Source: Hyphomicrobiales bacterium (GTDB lineage Bacteria; Pseudomonadota; Alphaproteobacteria; Rhizobiales; Aestuariivirgaceae). Taken from it: a DNA stretch of 64,000 nt. Shown here one piece after another: positions 49,399 to 59,552 of this stretch; position 1 is the first letter of the stretch, and each line of letters begins with the position of its first letter. Made by a program: the position numbers and the translations under genes. The notes beneath the pieces were generated by a model. That model was not told the DNA's origin. It was given only the letters and a program-made list of their open reading frames with translations, and made no database searches. The stretch spans positions 9,270-73,269 of the forward strand of contig JANNNG010000226.1 in assembly GCA_031398425.1 (NCBI GenBank). The letters run 5' to 3'.

Positions 49399-50724
49399 AT
49401 GACAACCCTCACCCAACAACCCGTCAATCACGCCACCATCCTGCGCATTGCGGTTCCCATCATGCTGTCGAACGTGACAGAGCCCATGATCGGTGTGGTG
49501 AATACCGCCGTCGTCGGACAGTTGCCGGAAACCCATCTCATCGGTGGCGTGGCCGTCGGCTCGCTGATCTTCTCGTTCCTGTTCTGGGGCTTTGGCTTTT
49601 TGCGCCTGTCCACCAGTGGCCTCTCCGCGCAAGCCACAGGTGCGGGTCACGCCGAGGAAGTCGGTGCCATTGTCTGGCGCAGCCTGCTCATCGCTCTGCT
49701 CATTGGCCTCACCCTGATCGCTTTATCACCGATCCTCAAACCACTCGCCATTTCGTTGATGGGCGGTTCAAAAGATGTGCAGGCCGCAGCCACGACCTAT
49801 TTCAGCTATCGCATCTGGGCGGCACCCGCAGCACTTGCCAATTTCACCATCCTCGGCTGGTTCATCGGCCAGGGCCGCACCAAGGTTGCCCTGATCACGC
49901 AGCTTGCCCTGAACCTCACCAACATGGCGCTCAGCATCATCCTTGTCCTCCACTTCAACATGGGCATAGCAGGCGTCGGACTCGCAGTGCTGATTGCCGA
50001 ATATGCCGCTGTCGGTCTGGGCCTCATCATGGTGCTGCAGCGCCTGCGCGAATTGCGGCAACCGTTTGATCGCTCAGCAGTGCTGAACCGCGCAAAGATC
50101 ACGTCCCTCATCACCGCCAACGCCGACATGATGATCCGCACCATCTGCCTGCTCTTCGCCTTCGCCTGGTTTACCGCGCGGGGCGCCCGCAATGGCGACA
50201 CCACGGTCGCCGCAAATTCCATTCTCCTTCACATGTTCGAAGTCGCGGCCTATCTGCTCGATGGTTTTGCCTATGCGGCAGAAGCCCTGGTGGGGCAGGC
50301 CATCGGCGCAAAGAATCGCCAGAGTTATGGCAGAGCCATCACACTCTCGACAGGATATGTCATGCTGTTCGGCGCACTCGCATCCCTGTTGATCCTGTTC
50401 TCCGGCCCAGGCTTCATCGCCCTCATGACAGTGAATGAAGACATCCGCACATATGCAAACCAATACCTCTATTGGGCCGCCATCACACCTTTCCTCGGTG
50501 CTGCGTGCTTCCTCTACGACGGCATCTTCACGGGCGCCATGGCGACACGCGACATGCGCAACATGATGCTGCTGTCATTGGCGGCCTACATGCTGGCCTG
50601 GTATGTGTTGGAACCACCCTACGGCAACCACGGGTTATGGGCAGCGCTGAGCATATTCTTCATTGTACGGAGCATTTCGTTTGCCACAAGACTGCCTGCG
50701 ATCAGGGCGCGGGTGTTTGCGTGA
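49399..50724 (+). CDS. dinF: MATE family efflux transporter (DinF-like)
   Basis: About 12 TM helices, NTAVVG, FGFLRLSTSGL, LDGFAYAAE, DGIFTGA. Confidence 0.88.
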   Translation: MTTLTQQPVNHATILRIAVPIMLSNVTEPMIGVVNTAVVGQLPETHLIGGVAVGSLIFSFLFWGFGFLRLSTSGLSAQATGAGHAEEVGAIVWRSLLIALLIGLTLIALSPILKPLAISLMGGSKDVQAAATTYFSYRIWAAPAALANFTILGWFIGQGRTKVALITQLALNLTNMALSIILVLHFNMGIAGVGLAVLIAEYAAVGLGLIMVLQRLRELRQPFDRSAVLNRAKITSLITANADMMIRTICLLFAFAWFTARGARNGDTTVAANSILLHMFEVAAYLLDGFAYAAEALVGQAIGAKNRQSYGRAITLSTGYVMLFGALASLLILFSGPGFIALMTVNEDIRTYANQYLYWAAITPFLGAACFLYDGIFTGAMATRDMRNMMLLSLAAYMLAWYVLEPPYGNHGLWAALSIFFIVRSISFATRLPAIRARVFA

Positions 50725-50740
50725 GATCTTGTTTGTCGCA

Positions 50741-50847
50741 ACACCCCCTCCCCCCATAGGGGTACAACCCCGGCGAAGACGCCGAGGGAGAAAGATCTTT
50801 ATCTCCCTCCCCGGAGGCGGGGGAGTACCCCGAAGGGGGAGGGGGTG
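50741..50847. repeat. REP-like composite palindrome
   Basis: Perfect 13-bp terminal inverted repeat acaccccctcccc / ggggagggggtgt with internal hairpins, including cccc-gaa-gggg. Confidence 0.8.
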
Positions 50848-50866
50848 TCTCAGCAGGCGAACCCTC

Positions 50867-51280
50867 TCAAGCCCCCCGATAGCGTGCAATCGCCGACCTC
50901 TCCAGCGCTGCCGTCACCAGTTTGTCCAACCCCAGAGCATCGCGCAAGATCGCCAGAAACCGCAACTCTTCCTTGCCCACCGCCAGATCAACGGCTGCTA
51001 CCTCTACCGCAATCGCATAGGCCGTCTCGCGCAAAGGCGGTGACAACTGATCTGCGACAAGTTCCAGCACCGTCTCCATGCCCTCGTTCAATTGCAGCAT
51101 GTCGCCGGCTTCCTGCGCCACCGTGGCCAGCCGTGTGCGATCAAAATTCTTGAACACCGGCAGCGTGTGGACCAGCACATCAATCTCCGCCAGTTCCTCC
51201 GCCTTGATCGCCCCTTCGACGCCCGACATCATCACCATGACATAGATGAGCGCCTGTTCATTGCTGATCGTCCCCGACAT
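50867..51280 (-). CDS. TerB (tellurite resistance) family protein
   Basis: ALIYVMVMMSGVEG, LRETAYAIAVEVAAVD, ELRFLAILRDAL. Confidence 0.88.
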   Translation of the reverse strand: MSGTISNEQALIYVMVMMSGVEGAIKAEELAEIDVLVHTLPVFKNFDRTRLATVAQEAGDMLQLNEGMETVLELVADQLSPPLRETAYAIAVEVAAVDLAVGKEELRFLAILRDALGLDKLVTAALERSAIARYRGA

Positions 51281-54090
51281 TACCTGCTCCTGTTTGCTTT
51301 GACGGCAGTATTGCAGAACGAACCCACCACCTCAATCGCGTCAACAAGTCCCATCCGTTCAATGGCAACACCATCGGGAAATGCCGTCGAGAAGCGCGAC
51401 GCCAGACGCGGATCAAGCACCACGAAACATCCCTTGTCCGTATCCGAGCGGATCAGACGCCCGAAAGCCTGGCGCAGCCGCAAGCGCACCGTCATATCCA
51501 CATAGGCATTTCCGCCAAAGGCATGCTTCCTGGCCTTTTCCAGAATATTGGGCGTGGACCAGGGCACCCGGTCCATTACGATGAGCCTGAGCGAATCTCC
51601 CGGCACATCCACACCATCCCTCACCGCATCAGTACCCAGCAGACAGGCATCCTGTTCCGCGCGAAACAGATCAACCAGTGTGGCCGTGTCCATCGGGTCC
51701 ACATGCTGGGCATAAAGCGGCAAGCCCCGCTCACTCAAGGGCTGGGCGATGCGCTTGTGCACCGCGCGCAAGCGCGAAATCGCCGTGAACAATCCGAGTG
51801 CACCACCACCTGAGGCAAAAAACAATTCGCGATAGGCCGCCGCCAGTTGGTCCATGCTCTCGCGGCCCACATCATTGACGACAATGACACGCGCTGATTT
51901 GGGATAGTCAAACGGCGAGTCGAAATGCTCGCGCCTCACGGGATACGGCAGATGCACAGCTCCCGTGCGCATCTCCGCATTCTCCCAGTCATCAGGCACA
52001 TTGGGCGGGCGGTCTTTCAGCGTGGCCGATGTAATGATCACACCATCGGCAGGCCGCAACACCGCAAGGGCGAGCGGCTCTGTGGGGTCCAGCCAGTGGG
52101 AATGCAGGCCCACATCGACCTGCCATTGCCCCTGCTGCTCCACCGAGAACCATTCCACCATCAACACGTGGGGTGGACCATTCAGGCGTTGCAACATGGC
52201 AAGCCAGCCACTCAGCATCAACTCGCCGCGCCGCCGCAGCGAACGCGACATGGCTTCGATGCGACCCCGCTCATGGCTTGATAATTCTGCCGCCTCATCA
52301 TCAAGCTTTGCCGCCAGCGCCTTGGCCAATTTCTCCATGGGGCGTTTGAGATTTTCCAGCGCCTTGGCCAAGGCCAAAGCCGCTTCACCCAAACCGTCAA
52401 TCAAGGGCAGACACGCCGTTTCCAATGCGAAACCAGACTCGCTTTCATCCCGCGCCACCACCTGTTGCCGCACAAGCGCAAAGAATTCCTCTGCCACGCC
52501 ATCAGGCCGTCCATCATGAATGCGGCGCATGTGGCCAGCCGTCGGTAACACCCGTGCCGCCCGCACCACCTCGTCGAGCAGCGCGTTGCTGCCATCTTCA
52601 TCACCAACGAGATCAGCCAGTCGATCAACCAACCCACGGCCACGCCGCCGCTCGGTTTCAGGCCCACGCAACCAGCGCCGCAACTCTGCCGCTTCCTGCG
52701 CTGAGAGATGCGATGAGAAAGCTCCATCCGCTGCATCAAACAAGTGATGCCCCTCATCGAACACAATGCGCTTCAAGCCACCCGGTGCCGCCTCTTCTTC
52801 GTCAGTGACAGCAGCGCCCAAGGCAAAATCCACCGCAGCCTGATGCATCACCAACGCATGGTTCGCAATCACCAGCGACGCATTGCGAGCGGCCCTCTGG
52901 TTTTTCTCGATGAAGCAGCGCTTGTAGTGCGCACAGGCCACATAGATACATTCGCCGCGTCGATCCGTGAGACCAAGCGATTGGGGCGTTGGATGCTTTA
53001 CGTCACCGTCGAACCCATTTTCGGGAAACAGCCCAAAGATCCACGACGGAAAATCACCGCCGACCAGATCGCCATCACGCGAATGCCGCGCCCACCTTGC
53101 CAGCAACACGGCCAGCAATGCACCACGCGGACCCTGGGCCTGCAAGCGACCAAAGGTTTCCTGCATATTGAGCAGACAGAGATAATTCTCACGCCCCTTG
53201 CGAATGACGATCTTGCCTGCCCGCTCCTCGGGATCAGGAACCAGTCGCACGGTTTCTTGGTCCAGTTGCCGCTGCAAGTTCTTGGTATAAGTGGAAAGCC
53301 AAACCGGTCGCTTGTTCTTCTGCGCCCACACCCAGGCCGGCGAAAGATAACCCAGCGTCTTGCCGAGACCCGTTCCGGCTTCTGCCAACAAGATATTATT
53401 GAACGCCGGAGACTGCCGTGCGGCAAAACCATGAATGGCCTTGGTTGCATAGTCGCGCTGCTGCTGCCGCACCTCAGCATCGGACCCCAGCGCATTGCGC
53501 AAAACCGACAGGGCTTCCTGTGGTGTCACCTCCTGATGATCTCCCTTTGCAGGCGGCCCGTCATCCTCCCATTCGTCCAGCCGGTCCCAGATATTCAACC
53601 CCGTGGCAAAGGCCCCCACATCCAGTTTCGGATTGGCCTTCAGCAGCGCCTTCATCACATGCGGCGCCCAGGGCCAATTCGCCCGCGCCAGAAAAGTGGC
53701 ATGTTCCGCCGTCTCGCGGATCAATCCCTGCTTCGGGTTTTCAAGTCGCCGCAGCAAAGCCTCAGCCACAGCTTTCAAAGCCGCCGCATTATCGTCAATA
53801 TCAATCCGCAATACGCGCGCCAGACCACGCGGTGTCGGCACCGCCGCTTGCGCTGGGCACACAAAGGAAAACAATTCCGCCACATCGAGATGCCTTGGAT
53901 CCAGCGCTGACCGTCCGAGATCAGCCTTGGCATCAGCCGCCTGCGCAAGCCGCGCCACCAGAAATCCGGCATGACACAGAAGATGCGGTGCCGCTGTCAA
54001 GGCCGCCAAGGCAGGTCTGGGCGCGAGCACCACCCCATCAAGGGCAGCACCCCTGCCATGCGCAATCGCGGTGGGAAGTTTCATCGGCAC
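51280..54090 (-). CDS. dinG: DinG family ATP-dependent DNA helicase
   Basis: EAGTGLGKT, KGRENYLCL, Cys cluster (ECIYVACAHYKRC), VFDEGHHL, TSATL, DGVDVPG, LRQAFGRLIR. Confidence 0.94.
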   Translation of the reverse strand: MPMKLPTAIAHGRGAALDGVVLAPRPALAALTAAPHLLCHAGFLVARLAQAADAKADLGRSALDPRHLDVAELFSFVCPAQAAVPTPRGLARVLRIDIDDNAAALKAVAEALLRRLENPKQGLIRETAEHATFLARANWPWAPHVMKALLKANPKLDVGAFATGLNIWDRLDEWEDDGPPAKGDHQEVTPQEALSVLRNALGSDAEVRQQQRDYATKAIHGFAARQSPAFNNILLAEAGTGLGKTLGYLSPAWVWAQKNKRPVWLSTYTKNLQRQLDQETVRLVPDPEERAGKIVIRKGRENYLCLLNMQETFGRLQAQGPRGALLAVLLARWARHSRDGDLVGGDFPSWIFGLFPENGFDGDVKHPTPQSLGLTDRRGECIYVACAHYKRCFIEKNQRAARNASLVIANHALVMHQAAVDFALGAAVTDEEEAAPGGLKRIVFDEGHHLFDAADGAFSSHLSAQEAAELRRWLRGPETERRRGRGLVDRLADLVGDEDGSNALLDEVVRAARVLPTAGHMRRIHDGRPDGVAEEFFALVRQQVVARDESESGFALETACLPLIDGLGEAALALAKALENLKRPMEKLAKALAAKLDDEAAELSSHERGRIEAMSRSLRRRGELMLSGWLAMLQRLNGPPHVLMVEWFSVEQQGQWQVDVGLHSHWLDPTEPLALAVLRPADGVIITSATLKDRPPNVPDDWENAEMRTGAVHLPYPVRREHFDSPFDYPKSARVIVVNDVGRESMDQLAAAYRELFFASGGGALGLFTAISRLRAVHKRIAQPLSERGLPLYAQHVDPMDTATLVDLFRAEQDACLLGTDAVRDGVDVPGDSLRLIVMDRVPWSTPNILEKARKHAFGGNAYVDMTVRLRLRQAFGRLIRSDTDKGCFVVLDPRLASRFSTAFPDGVAIERMGLVDAIEVVGSFCNTAVKANRSR

Positions 54091-54153
54091 GCCTCCCCTT
54101 TGCCAGATTCTGGCGTAAGATCAAAATTCACCCGACGAGGAGTTGCAGGCATC

Positions 54154-55014
54154 ATGGACCAAAAGATCATCACCCTGTTCGATAGCTACACCCACGGCGG
54201 CATGTCGCGCCGTACATTCCTGGACAAGCTGACCTTGATGGCAGGCTCTGCAGCGGCGGCTTCAGCACTGTTGCCCGTACTCGAAAACAACTACGCCCAT
54301 GCAGCCCTGGTGCCGGAAGATGATCCGCGCCTTGTCCTCACCGAAGGCGAAATCGCCCCCGGCATCAAAGGCCTCCTCGCCATTCCAAAGGACGCCAAGG
54401 CAAAACTGCCCAGCGTTCTCGTCATCCACGAAAACCGCGGCCTCAACCCCCACATCAAGGACGTGACCCGCCGCATGGCACTGGAAGGCTTCGTAGCCTT
54501 CGGCGCTGACTATCTCGCCCCCCTCGGCGGTACGCCAACAGACGAAGAAAAAGGCAAGGAGATGATCGGCACATTGAAACCGGAAGACACCATTGCCTAT
54601 TCACAAGCCGCCCTCAAAGCCTTGATCGCCCATCCGCAAGGCAGCGGCAAAGCCGGTGCCATGGGCTTCTGCTGGGGCGGTGGAGCGGTCAACGCACTAG
54701 CAGTTGCCGACCCCACACTCGCAGCGGGCGTTGCCTACTATGGCCGCCAGGCGCCCACCGCCGATGTGCCAAAGATCACCGCACCCCTGATGCTGCACTA
54801 TGCTTCACTGGATGAACGTATCAACGCGGGCATTCCCGAATTTGAAGCCGCACTGAAGGCCAACAACAAAACCTACGAACTCCATATGTACGAAGGCGCC
54901 AATCACGCCTTCAACAACGATACCAATGCAGCAAGGTACAACAAGGAAGCCGCGGATCTGGCCTGGGGACGGACAGTGGGGTTCTTGAAGAAGTTTGCGG
55001 GTGGAGCTGTCTAG
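54154..55014 (+). CDS. Dienelactone hydrolase family protein (YghX-like, Tat-like N-terminus)
   Basis: SRRTFL, VIHENRGLNPHI, GFCWGG nucleophile motif, HAFNND. Confidence 0.93.
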   Translation: MDQKIITLFDSYTHGGMSRRTFLDKLTLMAGSAAAASALLPVLENNYAHAALVPEDDPRLVLTEGEIAPGIKGLLAIPKDAKAKLPSVLVIHENRGLNPHIKDVTRRMALEGFVAFGADYLAPLGGTPTDEEKGKEMIGTLKPEDTIAYSQAALKALIAHPQGSGKAGAMGFCWGGGAVNALAVADPTLAAGVAYYGRQAPTADVPKITAPLMLHYASLDERINAGIPEFEAALKANNKTYELHMYEGANHAFNNDTNAARYNKEAADLAWGRTVGFLKKFAGGAV

Positions 55015-55160
55015 AGCGTGACCATTTTTGGTTGAAGCAGTTGGGGACTGCTTGCTTTTTATTGCAAGCTGTTCCCAAACTTCAAGTTCAGGGACAGTTT
55101 GCCAAAGAGCAAACAGTCCCTCTGTTTGCCGTTGAGCCAACCAAAAATGATCACGTTCTA
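55012..55160. mobile_element. MITE-like element with 23-bp terminal inverted repeats and TA ends
   Basis: tagagcgtgaccatttttggttg ... caaccaaaaatgatcacgttcta (21/23 match). Two internal hairpins, no coding capacity. Confidence 0.75.
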
Positions 55161-55303
55161 ATTCGGCAACCGATCAAAAATGATACAGCGTTTGCGCTTT
55201 TGCTTTGTTTCACCAAATTTTCTTACTGAAGATTTTCAAGGTTGGCGTTGACGTGCCTGGGCTGCATTCACTATGCACCACGAAAGCAAAGAAAGCCTCT
55301 CCC

Positions 55304-56926
55304 ATGCCCACCTCCCCCGCACTCCGCGCCGCAGCCCTCGAGTCCCGCGCCTGGCCTTTCGAAGAAGCGCGCAAGATTTTGAAGCGGGTGGAGAAGTCGG
55401 GGCAGAAATCTGTGTTGTTTGAAACCGGCTATGGTCCCTCAGGCCTCCCCCACATCGGCACCTTCGGTGAAGTGGCGCGCACCACGATGGTGCGCAAGGC
55501 CTTTTCGCTGATGAGCGATTTGCCAACACGACTCCTCTGCTTTTCCGACGACATGGATGGCATGCGCAAGATTCCCGACAACGTGCCGGACAAGAATTTT
55601 CTCATCCCCCATCTGCACAAGCCGCTCACGTCGGTGCCAAATCCCTTCGGCGGCGACTTTGAAAGCTTCGGTCACCACAACAACGCCATGCTCCGGCGCT
55701 TTCTCGATACCTTCGGTTTCGACTACGAATTTGCGAGCGCCACCGACTATTACAAGTCCGGCCGTTTCGATGACATGCTGATTCATGCGCTCGAAAAATA
55801 CGACGCCATCATGAACGTCATGCTTCCAACCCTGGGCGAAGAGCGCCAGGCCACCTACTCCCCCTTCCTGCCAATCTCGCCGATCTCGGGTCGTGTCCTC
55901 TATGTGCCGATGAAGGCCATCGATGCCAAGCAAGGCACCATCACCTTCGCTGATGAAGATGGCACTGACGTGACGCTCGACGTGCGCGGTGGTCGCACCA
56001 AGCTGCAATGGAAGCCGGACTTCGGCATGCGCTGGGCAGCGCTTGAAGTGGACTTTGAAATGTTCGGCAAGGACCATCAAACCAACGCGCCGGTTTATGA
56101 TGCGATCAGCATCATTCTCGGTGCTACAGCGCCGGAACACTATGTCTACGAACTCTTCCTCGACGACAAGGGCCAGAAGATTTCAAAGTCGAAAGGCAAT
56201 GGCCTCACTATCGATGAATGGCTGACCTATGCGGACCCGAACTCGCTGGCACAATTCATGTACAACAAGCCGCGTGAGGCCAAAAAGCTCCACTTCGATG
56301 TGATCCCCCGGGCCGTCGATGAATATGCGCAATTCCTTGCCGCATACCCCAGGCAGATCGAGCCGAAAGACCAGTTGATGAATCCGGTCTGGCACATACA
56401 CGCAGGCCATCCGCCAGAGCCTGAATCAGGTGGAGTCAACTTTTCGCTACTGCTCAATCTCGCGGCCGTCGCCAACACTGAAGAAAAATCGATCATGTGG
56501 GCCTTCCTGCAACGCTACATGCCGGCACTCAGTCCGACCACACACCCGCGCCTTGATTCGCTCGTGGGCTACGCCATCCGCTATTTTCAGGATTTCGTGA
56601 AACCAGCCAAGCAATATCGTCAGCCTACGGACGAAGAAGCTTCTGCCTTGCGTGACCTCGCAGCAGCCCTCGCCATGCTGCCCGAAGGCTCAACCCCCGA
56701 GGCCATCCAGACCGAAGTCTACACCATCGGCCGCCGCGACCCCTACACTACAACACAAAAGGACGGTTCCATCGGTGTGGCGCAAAGCTGGTTCAACATG
56801 CTGTATCAGGTGTTGCTGGGCGAAGAACGTGGACCGCGCTTTGGCTCATTTGCAGCACTTTATGGGATACGCAATACGCAAGAATTGATTGCCAAGTCAC
56901 TGCGCGGTGAACTCGTCAGATCTTAG
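55304..56926 (+). CDS. lysS: Lysine--tRNA ligase, class I
   Basis: [39 protein letters not shown]. Confidence 0.96.
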   Translation: MPTSPALRAAALESRAWPFEEARKILKRVEKSGQKSVLFETGYGPSGLPHIGTFGEVARTTMVRKAFSLMSDLPTRLLCFSDDMDGMRKIPDNVPDKNFLIPHLHKPLTSVPNPFGGDFESFGHHNNAMLRRFLDTFGFDYEFASATDYYKSGRFDDMLIHALEKYDAIMNVMLPTLGEERQATYSPFLPISPISGRVLYVPMKAIDAKQGTITFADEDGTDVTLDVRGGRTKLQWKPDFGMRWAALEVDFEMFGKDHQTNAPVYDAISIILGATAPEHYVYELFLDDKGQKISKSKGNGLTIDEWLTYADPNSLAQFMYNKPREAKKLHFDVIPRAVDEYAQFLAAYPRQIEPKDQLMNPVWHIHAGHPPEPESGGVNFSLLLNLAAVANTEEKSIMWAFLQRYMPALSPTTHPRLDSLVGYAIRYFQDFVKPAKQYRQPTDEEASALRDLAAALAMLPEGSTPEAIQTEVYTIGRRDPYTTTQKDGSIGVAQSWFNMLYQVLLGEERGPRFGSFAALYGIRNTQELIAKSLRGELVRS

Positions 56927-57030
56927 TTCCCGCCACTCTATCCGGATGACCCTTCGGCAGGGCGGGGTGATTTCCTGTTTTGGAAATCACTTCGCTTGCC
57001 TCGTTGCCAGAAGCATGTTCAACCCAGCCA

Positions 57031-57993
57031 ATGTATGACTCCCAGCGCCGCAGTCTTTATCCCGCCGTCGAACCCTTTGCCCGTGGTCGGTTGGAAGTCT
57101 CTGATGTTCACGAAATTTATTTCGAACGTTGCGGCAATTCGAAGGGCAAGCCCGTCGTCGTGCTGCATGGCGGGCCGGGGGGTGGCATCTCGCCATTTCT
57201 CCGACGCTTTCACGATCCCCAACACTACCAGATCATTCTCTTCGACCAGCGCGGATGCGGCAACTCCACACCCCATGCCTCGCTGATCGACAACACCACA
57301 TGGCATCTTGTCGACGACATGGAGAAATTGCGCAAACACCTGAAGATCGAAACCTGGCAAGTCTTCGGTGGCTCCTGGGGGTCCACCCTTGCCTTGGCCT
57401 ATGCGCAAACCCACGCGCACCGCGTGACCGAACTTGTGCTCCGGGGCATTTTCGCCATTCAGGAGTGGGAAGTACGCTGGCTCTATCAAAGCGGTGCAAG
57501 CCAGATGTTTCCCGAAGCCTTCGCACAGTTCAAAGACCTCATCCCGGAAACTGAACGCGACGATCTCATCGCGGCCTATCACAAGCGGTTGCATGACCCC
57601 GATGAAGCAGTCCGGCTGCAACATGCCAGGGCTTGGAGTCAGTGGGAGGGCTCGTGCCTGTCGTTGCTGCCGGACCCGCAGCGGGTTGCAAATTTTGGCG
57701 AGGACAGGTTTGCCGCTGCCTTTGCCGCCATCGAATGCCATTACTTCATCAACAAGGGCTTCATGGCCCATGATGGTGCCTTGCTTGATGGGCTCGAAAC
57801 AATGAAACATCTGCCCGGCATAATCGTTCAGGGGCGTTACGATGTGGTGACCCCTCCCGCGACGGCCTTTGAATTGGCCAGGCGCTGGCCTCGTGCGGAA
57901 CTGCATATGATCCCTGACGCTGGCCATACGGCCATGGAACCGGGGATTTCTGACGCCCTGGTGCGGGCCACGGACAAATTTATTTCGGACTGA
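57031..57993 (+). CDS. pip: Proline iminopeptidase
   Basis: LHGGPGGG, DQRGCG, FGGSWGSTL, QGRYD, AGH. Confidence 0.96.
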   Translation: MYDSQRRSLYPAVEPFARGRLEVSDVHEIYFERCGNSKGKPVVVLHGGPGGGISPFLRRFHDPQHYQIILFDQRGCGNSTPHASLIDNTTWHLVDDMEKLRKHLKIETWQVFGGSWGSTLALAYAQTHAHRVTELVLRGIFAIQEWEVRWLYQSGASQMFPEAFAQFKDLIPETERDDLIAAYHKRLHDPDEAVRLQHARAWSQWEGSCLSLLPDPQRVANFGEDRFAAAFAAIECHYFINKGFMAHDGALLDGLETMKHLPGIIVQGRYDVVTPPATAFELARRWPRAELHMIPDAGHTAMEPGISDALVRATDKFISD

Positions 57994-58189
57994 CCAAAAA
58001 ACGGGCAGGCATGTTGCACTGCGTGAAGTCCCTCAAATGCCTTGTGGCTTTTCAACTTTCAATGACTTAGCCCGTCACGCCGCCGCAAAATTGCCTTGAA
58101 ATGGTCAAGTCTCGGCCTTGCCAGCGTGACCTTCCTGCCCCGATTGGCAGGCACTTTTGCTCCAACGCAAGCGGCGGAGTAATACGGAA

Positions 58190-58335
58190 ACAAGCTTCAA
58201 GTCCTTGGACTAAAAGTACTTTCCTCCTTCCACCGCATCTTGAATTGATCCGCTTTGGGCTCTTGTCGCCGTCCCGAGCTCCAAGCGGATCATACGGGCC
58301 CGCTCTGACCGGTTGCGGTTGGGGCGGGCCTTTTT
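58190..58335 (+). ncRNA. Candidate small RNA (5' end uncertain)
   Basis: Consecutive stem-loops, an exposed TTTCCTCCTTCC tract and a strong U-tailed terminator in a 390-bp intergenic region. Confidence 0.45.
58297..58335 (+). terminator. Rho-independent terminator
   Basis: ggcccgctctgacc / ggttggggcgggcc stem (with G:U pairs) followed by TTTTT. Confidence 0.8.
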
Positions 58336-58384
58336 CATGGCGCAAACGAAAGCTGGGAACAAAGCACGAATCTGTTAGAGTGTC

Positions 58385-59551
58385 ATGATGACTCTTGATT
58401 CCACCCTGTTCGTTCTGGGCGGCCGTGCCGTCACCCTGTTTGAAGTTGGAGCGGCCTTGGCGCTGCTCGCCTTGCTGCTGTTGATCATTGCAGTCGTTAT
58501 GGTCTGGCGCGGCTCGCGCGGACGAGCACAAGCAGAGCAGGAGTCGAAACGCCGGACAAATGAACTCGAATTGCGGCTCGCTGAAATGATGGGGTCGCTG
58601 CAAAGCTTTGCAACGCAGGCACAAGGGCACACAGTGCATCTCCAGCGCACATTGGATGAGCGCCTGAACGCCGTGGGCCAGCGCGTGGGCACAGGGCTGC
58701 AGGAACAGGCCGAACGCACAGCGCTTTCGCTGGGCCAGCTCAACGAACGCCTCGCGGTCATTGATGCGGCCCAGAAAAACATCACCTCTCTTTCTTCGGA
58801 AATGGTGGGCCTCAAGGACATTCTCAACAACAAGCAATCCCGCGGTGCCTTCGGTCAGGGCCGGATGGAAGCCATCATCAAGGACGGCCTGCATGCCTCG
58901 TCCTATGCCTTTCAGGCCACCTTGAGCAACGGCATGCGGCCTGATTGCGTGATCATTCTGCCCGACTCCACCTTGCGATTGGTCATCGATGCGAAATTCC
59001 CGCTTGAATCCTATTCTGCCATCAAATCAGCCCAAGATGACCCAACGCGCAAAGCCGCAGAGGTGCGCCTGCGTGGCGACATGGCCAAACACGTGAAAGA
59101 TATTTCCGAGAAATATCTCCTCTCAGGCGAAACCCATGAAACGGCAATCATGTTCGTGCCATCGGAATCGATCTATGCCGAGATCCATGAGGGCTACGAC
59201 GATATTGTGCAGAAGGCCCACCGCGCCCGCGTCATCCTCGCTTCGCCAAACGTGTTGATGCTGCTGGTGCAGACCATGCAGGCCATCTTCAAGGACGTGA
59301 CCATGCGCGATCAGGCCCACATCATCAAGGCCGAGGTTGGCAAGCTGATGGAGGACGTGGGGCGCCTCAAGGAACGCGCCTCCGATCTCCGCCGCCATTT
59401 CGACATGGCCAATACGGACCTCGAAAAACTCGGGGCCTCCGCCGACAAGATCACCAAGCGCGGCACCCGCATCGAAAGTCTTGATCTCGAAGACAAGCCA
59501 TTGGGCGAGACACTGGAAGCACCCCGCCCACGACTGGTCAATCTGAACTGA
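58385..59551 (+). CDS. rmuC: DNA recombination protein RmuC
   Basis: N-terminal TM helix, coiled coil, RGAFGQ, RPD, IDAKFPLE, MFVPSE. Confidence 0.94.
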   Translation: MMTLDSTLFVLGGRAVTLFEVGAALALLALLLLIIAVVMVWRGSRGRAQAEQESKRRTNELELRLAEMMGSLQSFATQAQGHTVHLQRTLDERLNAVGQRVGTGLQEQAERTALSLGQLNERLAVIDAAQKNITSLSSEMVGLKDILNNKQSRGAFGQGRMEAIIKDGLHASSYAFQATLSNGMRPDCVIILPDSTLRLVIDAKFPLESYSAIKSAQDDPTRKAAEVRLRGDMAKHVKDISEKYLLSGETHETAIMFVPSESIYAEIHEGYDDIVQKAHRARVILASPNVLMLLVQTMQAIFKDVTMRDQAHIIKAEVGKLMEDVGRLKERASDLRRHFDMANTDLEKLGASADKITKRGTRIESLDLEDKPLGETLEAPRPRLVNLN

Positions 59552-59552
59552 G

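Noticed and set aside
55304-56926. Class I LysRS as a sign of horizontal transfer from archaea
   Set aside because: Class I LysRS is the normal form in many alphaproteobacteria.
58057-58070. TTTCAATGACTTAG motif resembling ends of tyrosine-recombinase elements
   Set aside because: Single occurrence with no partner site or recombinase nearby, so it is not supportable from sequence alone.
58144-58160. Sigma-54 promoter (TGGCA...TTGC) for the sRNA candidate
   Set aside because: GG-to-GC spacing is 11 nt rather than the strict 10 nt.
57994-58384. tmRNA, RNase P RNA or 6S RNA
   Set aside because: No tRNA-like GGGGC/TCCACCA ends or ANDN tag frame, no GAGGAAAGTCC, and no long central-bubble duplex.
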